From positions 1-62,792 of the forward strand of contig CAYNXD010000025.1 of the NCBI GenBank assembly GCA_964401115.1: a DNA stretch of 62,792 nt. Reading direction: 5' to 3'. Both the position numbers and the translations under genes were made by a program. This DNA is from an uncultured Candidatus Poseidoniales archaeon. Its GTDB lineage: Archaea; Thermoplasmatota; Poseidoniia; Poseidoniales; Thalassarchaeaceae. Positions 56,610-62,792 of the stretch are shown here, one piece after another. Numbering within the stretch: the stretch's first letter is position 1; each line of letters starts with the position of its first letter. The notes under the pieces were generated by a model. It was not told the DNA's origin. It made no database searches and was given only the letters and a program-made list of their open reading frames with translations.

Positions 56610-59600
56610 TCACAAATCAAGATCCGATAATTCGTCCTCAAGAGATGCTAATTCAGAACGTTGTTCAGGGTTTGCAGGGGGCGGAACCCCATTCATCGTC
56701 TCTTCTCTCACAGAAGTTGCAGAATCAATCTCTGCTAATTGTTGATCCATTACAGTCATGTCATCAAGTTCTGTAGTGGTTCCTAGCACCTCTGCAGATG
56801 GTAGTCCGACGGTCATACGGCTTGTCAGGTCAATGCCATCCTTATCGTCAGGTGCATCGATTGGCTCCCAAGTTTGACTAGAATCAGAAGGTTGAACTTC
56901 AACTCTAGTCGTATCTTCTATCTCCCCATCAAATTTTTCTTTAGAATCTGGATTCATATGTGCAATTGCCAAGTCGTTTATTTCCGGCCTTTCCACTGCT
57001 GTGAGTTGATGTAACTCAAATGGTAACATTCCACTCTGTTGGAAGTTCCATAGGTCGCCTACAGGCACTTCTCCAGTCAAACCACTTACATCAAGACGTT
57101 GCTTTAATTGCTCAAGAACTTCAACAGTTTGTTCAAGGCCAACCGACTCTCCAGTGGTTCTCTGATCTGACTCAATGTAAATTTCATCTAGAGCTTGTTG
57201 AATCATTCTGCGGACCTCTTTTGAGACTGAAGGTAACGCTTCAGGCATGTGAGAAATCTTCTCAAGTGGGGCAACCTTTTCTGCTGGTAATCCTAGTTCA
57301 ACCATCTGACGTAATACCTCTCTGAGGTGCATCAGCATGGTAACAGACTGTTCGTATTCATTCAGTAAATTTTCCAAATCAAGTACTACATTGGATACAG
57401 TTTCTGACAATTTGTGCTCTAAACGATTCTGAACAGACCACCTAGTAAGGCTTCTCACAGTGTCGGCAGTTTCTGGTGCTTGTTGTCCTAGTAAATCCAT
57501 CACTTCAGTAGAAAGTAGATATCTAGGGGTTTGAGCGACTTCATCTACAGTATGTTGTATAACTTGAAGGGCCCGTTCAACCGCTCTATCCAACATTACC
57601 ACGCTAAATCCGCGAGAGCGAGCTGAAGTCATTCTCTCAAGAACTGGTTCAAGCATTGCTAGACCCCCTTCATCACCTAGGAGAGCTCGTGCTAACGGTT
57701 CTTCAGATAATCTTGCGCGAATCCTATCTGCTTCAGAAATATCTGCTAAAGCCAATTCGTGAGCACTTTCCAAATCCTCTGCTTGCTCAATTAACATTCT
57801 CAACTCTGCTTCAGATGCGCCCCTACGTGAATCCAAATCTCCCAATTCCCTCATTAGTTGTCTCCGTTCCTCCATAAGTTCTCGTAATTCTGACTGGAGT
57901 AGTGTGTGTTTCCGATCCATTTCCCCACATCTAATTCTCTCTTCTTCTACCATGGCGCGACTAGAGTGGAGTTCTCCCTCTATTGAAGCAACCTCATCTC
58001 TTCTTTGTTCCACCTGGCGCTCAAGTTCGTTAAGTTCCGCTTGAGCTTGACGGTGACGATCTCTCTGTGCTCCAACTTGTTCGTGTAATACTCGTTGCAT
58101 TCTCTCATCGTCATCGATTTGTCTTCGAACTTCAGTAAGTCTGCTTTCGGCAGTTTCTAGTTCTGATTTTACGCGCACCTCTTCAGAAAGTAGGCCTTCC
58201 AAAGCTTCTAGAAGTTGTTGTCGAGATTCCATTTCACCAAGTGCGGAGGCCAATTCCTCTGCGCGATTCTTGATTTGATTTTCTAGTTCAGCTACCCTTC
58301 TGGCTAGACGCTCAGCGCGGGAAGATTGCTCCTGTGAGGATTTCTGTTCTTCCCGGATTTTTTCTGCAGAGTCATCAAGTTGCTTAGATAAAGAAATTCT
58401 GTCATCCCGCCCTTCTTCAATAACTTCCTGCAATGCTGCCATTTCCGTTTTGATAGAATCACGTTGTGATCTGGTGGAATCCACCTTTTCCTGAATCTTG
58501 CCTTTCTCTTTTTCAAGTCTAGCAATGGTTTCGGATTGTGTTTGAATCCTAACTTGGAGTTCTGCAACAACTGGCCCCATCAAACTCTTTCTAGTGGTAC
58601 CAGGGAGGGCTTCGGCCCCATCTCCGGTATCAACTAATTTCCATGCCTTGCGGCCACTCTCCATTTTTTCAAACCCTAATTCAAAGCCATACAGGGTCTC
58701 AAGCCTACCTTGTAAGAGATTTTGCCTATCATCACTACGTGTGCGGCAGGTTGCTAGAGCATTGCACATTGCTTCTATTGACCAATCTTCAACAGTGCTA
58801 GAACCAAGAACAAGTCGCATTGCCCTATCTAAGCGAACAAGTTGCAGCCGATTTGAGGAAGAAGTGCCCTTAGTAACAGCCTTTTCTGTAGTGTCGGCTC
58901 CTTGAGTTCTTATTCCTACTGGAGTTCCTTCGATGAGTGTAATTGTGATGCTGGCTCCTTCATTTGGAATGGATTCAAGATATCCAGTTAATGATTCATC
59001 CTTAGCCATTTTTAATGCTGAAATTGTTTGATCTACACCGCTTTTCGAATCTTTTACCACAATTCCTTCAGGTAGCGGCTCACCACCGTCATCTCCAGCA
59101 AGACCAGTGGATTCAGTTCTGAGAAGTGCAGAGGCATTTGCCAAAAGAGCCGTATGATCTGCTTCAGGATCGGTCCATACCGCAATTGCAGCATCGCCAG
59201 CAGGGGCGATTAGCAGGGAACCATCTACTAATGAAAGGGAACTAGCAAGGGCCCTTTCCTGACCTATCCCATCGGTCAAACTCTCCATGCCTTGGAGATG
59301 ATTCTGAATCATGACTGTGAATTCTTTGGATTCCGCGGGCAGGTCTCCTTCGGCATGAACTAACATTCCATCTTCCAAAGCACAAGCGCCTCGAGTCACT
59401 TCGCTTTTTGCCAATGTTTCGATTAGTAGTGCCAAATCTTTAGTCGGGATATGTCCCTCAATTCTAGGCATAGGTAGAAGGGTACCTAGAGTTGCAGGAT
59501 CAACAAATGCCTCAAGCAATGTTCTAGCAACTTGTTCAAATTCTGCTTGCGACCAAATCACTCCCCTCTCTCGAAGGGTGGTTGAAGCACCCATTTTACG

Positions 59601-59825
59601 CAACTCAACTTGAGCGGCTTCTCCAGCAAGGAATTTTTTCCCTTTGTCCGAATCACAAATCCATCCAGCAGATTCTCCTGCACAGATGAGTCGGTGTCCA
59701 AAAGGATTCTTTGATCTAGGTTTAAAGTATGAAATTGCTCCAAAATCAAATGGAAATACATTAATCTCTACATTCAAGTCCATTTCGCCATCTACTGGTT
59801 CTCCCATTGGTAGTTCAAACATCAT
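56610..59825 (-). CDS. DUF2226-like / roadblock-like / long coiled-coil protein (1071 aa)
   Basis: N-terminal ELPMG..LAGEAA..EAFV segment, a roadblock-like segment (VTRGACALEDGMLVHAEG, GSLLIAPAGDAAIAVW), a second LPEG..TGYL..LIEGTPVG segment, a ~290-aa E/R/Q-rich heptad region and an acidic tail. Confidence 0.65.
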   Translation of the reverse strand: MMFELPMGEPVDGEMDLNVEINVFPFDFGAISYFKPRSKNPFGHRLICAGESAGWICDSDKGKKFLAGEAAQVELRKMGASTTLRERGVIWSQAEFEQVARTLLEAFVDPATLGTLLPMPRIEGHIPTKDLALLIETLAKSEVTRGACALEDGMLVHAEGDLPAESKEFTVMIQNHLQGMESLTDGIGQERALASSLSLVDGSLLIAPAGDAAIAVWTDPEADHTALLANASALLRTESTGLAGDDGGEPLPEGIVVKDSKSGVDQTISALKMAKDESLTGYLESIPNEGASITITLIEGTPVGIRTQGADTTEKAVTKGTSSSNRLQLVRLDRAMRLVLGSSTVEDWSIEAMCNALATCRTRSDDRQNLLQGRLETLYGFELGFEKMESGRKAWKLVDTGDGAEALPGTTRKSLMGPVVAELQVRIQTQSETIARLEKEKGKIQEKVDSTRSQRDSIKTEMAALQEVIEEGRDDRISLSKQLDDSAEKIREEQKSSQEQSSRAERLARRVAELENQIKNRAEELASALGEMESRQQLLEALEGLLSEEVRVKSELETAESRLTEVRRQIDDDERMQRVLHEQVGAQRDRHRQAQAELNELERQVEQRRDEVASIEGELHSSRAMVEEERIRCGEMDRKHTLLQSELRELMEERRQLMRELGDLDSRRGASEAELRMLIEQAEDLESAHELALADISEADRIRARLSEEPLARALLGDEGGLAMLEPVLERMTSARSRGFSVVMLDRAVERALQVIQHTVDEVAQTPRYLLSTEVMDLLGQQAPETADTVRSLTRWSVQNRLEHKLSETVSNVVLDLENLLNEYEQSVTMLMHLREVLRQMVELGLPAEKVAPLEKISHMPEALPSVSKEVRRMIQQALDEIYIESDQRTTGESVGLEQTVEVLEQLKQRLDVSGLTGEVPVGDLWNFQQSGMLPFELHQLTAVERPEINDLAIAHMNPDSKEKFDGEIEDTTRVEVQPSDSSQTWEPIDAPDDKDGIDLTSRMTVGLPSAEVLGTTTELDDMTVMDQQLAEIDSATSVREETMNGVPPPANPEQRSELASLEDELSDLDL

Positions 59826-59826
59826 A

Positions 59827-60177
59827 TCACCTCATTAGGTCTTCAATTACAGGGGTCCGCACTCTTATTTCATGTCTCAATCTTCCAATATTGGACCCCT
59901 CCTTACTCGAGACATAGAGGCTAAAGCCTCCAGATAGGGGGGCGATAATTGAATTTCCATCATCAGATTCCATCCAAATTTGTTCAGGCTTTTCTATTCC
60001 AGATGCAGTTGCAACTCTGCTAGCTTCTCGCAGAACATTTTGCATTCCATTTGAAACATCTAATCCCTTCAAATCAGGAGTCAAGAATGTAGCGATTTCA
60101 TTCATATCTACATCAACAACTGCTGCAGCCTGTACGCCATCGATGCGCCCAAAAGTTGCCAATAATCTCTGTAGCAT
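59827..60177 (-). CDS. Roadblock/LC7 (MglB-like) protein
   Basis: IDGVQAAAVVD, QIWMESDDGNSIIAPL, NIGRLRHEIR. GGAGG RBS before ATG 60177. Confidence 0.8.
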   Translation of the reverse strand: MLQRLLATFGRIDGVQAAAVVDVDMNEIATFLTPDLKGLDVSNGMQNVLREASRVATASGIEKPEQIWMESDDGNSIIAPLSGGFSLYVSSKEGSNIGRLRHEIRVRTPVIEDLMR

Positions 60178-60461
60178 GTCCTCCCCCGAAAGCACATCAG
60201 GCCGCCTACGCCTTCAAGAGGTTTTGCGCGCTCGGCCCCTAAAGGGCCGATTTCTAAAGTAAAATCAAATCGCCAACTGAAAAATAGCGATTTTGGCATC
60301 ATCTACACAATTTCACTCATTTTGACAAATGCAATGAACCTCGTTTTTATTCCAAAATGAAAGATTGAAAATTACAATTGGAAATTACATTTTTCAATAT
60401 GAAAATTATCATATCCTTTTAGACATTCAATTCAAAACAAACAGCCTCGCCGCTATCTCTG

Positions 60462-61475
60462 ATGAGTGCCATATCAATTGCTACATGCAGTCGTTGCAAA
60501 AATCAGGCTGTTTTGTATCAGAGGTATAGTGGAGTTCATCTTTGCCATCGCCACCTTGCAGATTCGATAAGGAGAAGAGTAAGTAAGAGTTTGAGGGAGC
60601 AGCTAAAACTACCAAAAAACGCCCTAAGAGAGGATGGCAAGCCACGAGTCATTTTAGTTTGTATTTCTGGTGGTAAGGATTCAGCAGTACTACTCGATAT
60701 GATGGTCAGGTTTCTTGGCCCTAGGAGGGATATCGAATTGGTTGCTGGCTCTGTAGATGAAGGAATTGATGGATATAGAGCTCCATCTCTTGAGAAAGCA
60801 ATGGAGTTGGCCTCGAGTTATGGAATTAGAGTTGAAACAATATCATATCCTGAACTAGAATTCGAAAGGATGGATAAAATTGTAGAGTTGATGCCAGCGC
60901 TATCTACGGCACACAAAGATGCAGATGGTCTGAAGCCTTGTTCTTACTGTGGAGTATTTCGTCGTCAAGGCTTGAATGCTCTGGCTGAGAGAGTCGGTGC
61001 AGAATGGATGGCTTTGGGACATAACTTAGATGATACTGCTCAGACGATTTTGATGAATCTGCAGAAAGGTGAAGTTAATCGCACAATCCGAATTGCACCT
61101 CACACATCTTCGCCACTGGAGGGGCTAACTCCTAGGATAGTTCCACTACGTTGGATTCCCGAACAAGAGATTCACGCTTATGCTAAGGGAGAAGGATTGC
61201 CTATTCATCATGGTGATTGCCCATATGCACCTGGTGCCCTAAGACAAAGGAGTAGGGAAATGATTGCACGTCTAGAGTTAGATGTCCCAGGGTCTCGACA
61301 TGGTCTTCTACATTCAATGGATGCTATCCGTGAATTACAATTTGAAGCTAAAGGCGGAAATCATTCATCAGAATTAAAAGAAAGAATGCATAAATGCAAG
61401 GAATGTGGTGAGGTTTCATCAAAATCAATATGTCAAGCTTGCATTATGCGACAGTGGGTCAATGAGAAAAACTAA
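60462..61475 (+). CDS. ttuA: tRNA 2-thiolation enzyme TtuA/NcsA (TIGR00269-like)
   Basis: N-terminal CSRC..LC.RH Zn finger, SGGKDS PP-loop, CSYCGVFRR, GHNLDD, CPYA, C-terminal CKECG..CQAC. Confidence 0.9.
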   Translation: MSAISIATCSRCKNQAVLYQRYSGVHLCHRHLADSIRRRVSKSLREQLKLPKNALREDGKPRVILVCISGGKDSAVLLDMMVRFLGPRRDIELVAGSVDEGIDGYRAPSLEKAMELASSYGIRVETISYPELEFERMDKIVELMPALSTAHKDADGLKPCSYCGVFRRQGLNALAERVGAEWMALGHNLDDTAQTILMNLQKGEVNRTIRIAPHTSSPLEGLTPRIVPLRWIPEQEIHAYAKGEGLPIHHGDCPYAPGALRQRSREMIARLELDVPGSRHGLLHSMDAIRELQFEAKGGNHSSELKERMHKCKECGEVSSKSICQACIMRQWVNEKN

Positions 61476-61483
61476 TCGAAATT

Positions 61484-61954
61484 CTACAGTAGATGATCAA
61501 TTATTGATTCCATATCTTGTGTCCTTCCACAATAGTGACATCGTAGTTTAAGAGGCTCAACAGAAATTACAATCATGCGGTGTGGCTGAGGCTCTCTGTC
61601 AGCATGGGTGATGCAATTGCTATAGGTGCATCGTGTGACATTCACCATCTCATCTTGAGCCTCAACAGAGCGCTTTTCAGCAACTGAATAATTTCGAATA
61701 ATTGCAACTGAAGCGTGCGGCGCAATTATACTCAATCGGTCTAGTTCGTCCTGAGTCAATTCTCTATCTTCGACCTTAATGATGTCCTTAGCACCGTATT
61801 TACTTGAGGGGACATTCATAACCAATGAAACAGGGTTTGACCTTTTACCTGAAATTCTCAGCATTCGCAAAACTTTGAGAGCGGTACCAGCGGGGATATG
61901 ATCGATTACTGAGCCGTTGCAGATTGCGGTTACTCTTCGCATTTCATCACTCAT
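61484..61954 (-). CDS. pyrI: Aspartate carbamoyltransferase regulatory subunit
   Basis: GSVIDHIPAG, NVPS.KYG.KDIIKVE, C.YSNCIT, RCHYC. ATG 61954 overlaps the pyrB stop. Confidence 0.93.
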   Translation of the reverse strand: MSDEMRRVTAICNGSVIDHIPAGTALKVLRMLRISGKRSNPVSLVMNVPSSKYGAKDIIKVEDRELTQDELDRLSIIAPHASVAIIRNYSVAEKRSVEAQDEMVNVTRCTYSNCITHADREPQPHRMIVISVEPLKLRCHYCGRTQDMESIIDHLL

Positions 61955-62792
61955 TCGCCCACCTCCTCTGGAACTGATACTCCGAATACACGGCAAAGAA
62001 GAGCCATCCTAGCGACTACACCATTGAAAGCTTGGTCAAAGTAACGAGCGTGAGGGGTGTTGTCTACATTTGGATGTATTTCGTCAATTCGTGGAAGTGG
62101 GTGCATAATAATCATGGATTGTTTCACGTCCTTCAAATTCCTTCTATTAAGTTTGTAAATTCCAGCCACTTTCAGATATTCATCTTCATCAGGGAATCTC
62201 TCCTTCTGAATTCTTGTCATGTAGATTACATCTGCTGTTGGAAGATTGGAAAGTAAATCGTCTGATACCGTGATTTTAGCTCCAGATTTTTCTAAATCCT
62301 TGATAATTTCTTCTGGCATTGAAAGAGACGGAGGTGCAATGAAAGTCAAATGTGCCCCGAATCTTGAAAGTGCATGTGATAGGCTGTGAACGGTTCTACC
62401 GTATCTCAAATCACCAACCATTACCACATTCAAATCTAACTTTCCATGGGCCTGTTTGATTGTAAAAAGATCTAACATGGTTTGAGTTGGATGATGCCCT
62501 GCCCCATCTCCACCATTCAAAATTGCAATTTCACAAGCATCTGCAGCATATTGAGCGGCGCCTTGACGTGGGTGGCGTAAAACCGCAACATCACAATACC
62601 CATCTACCATCTTCATGGTGTCAAAAAGTGTTTCACCCTTAGTTACTGATGAAGAAGCAAGCGCGCCAAGGTTGACAACATTGCCGCCCAAACGCTTCAT
62701 GGCGGTTTCAAATGACATCCTAGTCCGGGTGCTGGGTTCAAAGAACATGTATCCAAGCAATTTACCCTGAAGCAACGGGAGAAAAACCTCTC
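61951..62792 (-). CDS. pyrB: Aspartate carbamoyltransferase catalytic subunit (5' end outside the window)
   Basis: FFEPSTRTRMSF, HPTQTMLD, GDLRYGRTVHS, TRIQKERF, MHPLPR. Confidence 0.96.
   Translation of the reverse strand, partial: EVFLPLLQGKLLGYMFFEPSTRTRMSFETAMKRLGGNVVNLGALASSSVTKGETLFDTMKMVDGYCDVAVLRHPRQGAAQYAADACEIAILNGGDGAGHHPTQTMLDLFTIKQAHGKLDLNVVMVGDLRYGRTVHSLSHALSRFGAHLTFIAPPSLSMPEEIIKDLEKSGAKITVSDDLLSNLPTADVIYMTRIQKERFPDEDEYLKVAGIYKLNRRNLKDVKQSMIIMHPLPRIDEIHPNVDNTPHARYFDQAFNGVVARMALLCRVFGVSVPEEVGE

Noticed and set aside
56610-59825. SMC/Rad50 annotation for the coiled-coil protein
   Set aside because: No Walker A/B, signature motif, hinge or zinc hook.
1-62792. CRISPR arrays, tRNA/rRNA genes, transposases, integrases, provirus or defence genes
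   Set aside because: None recognised by eye. Intergenic spaces are short and no regularly spaced repeats were seen.

Overview
Gene-dense chromosomal segment from a euryarchaeon, most likely Marine Group II (Poseidoniales, Thermoplasmatota). The taxon is inferred from Orc1/Cdc6, MC1, VAT/CDC48, a DUF3860 protein, the PPAT-DPCK fusion and large acidic surface proteins. Most genes are housekeeping or metabolic: pyrBI, ttuA, sdh, glpX/fba, moaCE, accC, coaD fusion and acyl-CoA enzymes. Two notable elements are missing from the ORF track. (1) An uninterrupted minus-strand ORF of more than 1813 codons (5440 to <1) encodes a type I PKS/FAS-like megasynthase: KS-AT-vestigial ACP-second KS-ACP with Thr at the phosphopantetheine site. 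It lies directly behind a FabI enoyl-ACP reductase, in a domain of life not known for ACP-based type I synthases. (2) A ~275-nt four-hairpin K-turn H/ACA guide RNA (28155-28431, minus) has pockets complementary to 23S rRNA H69 and peptidyl-transferase-centre sequences. Also notable: a divergent TBP-fold protein, a recurrent TT(G/C)AA promoter box, a roadblock / DUF2226-like coiled-coil module, and a TIGR03790 protein interrupted by PA14 and LamG domains. All calls come from reading motifs by eye; no database search was run.
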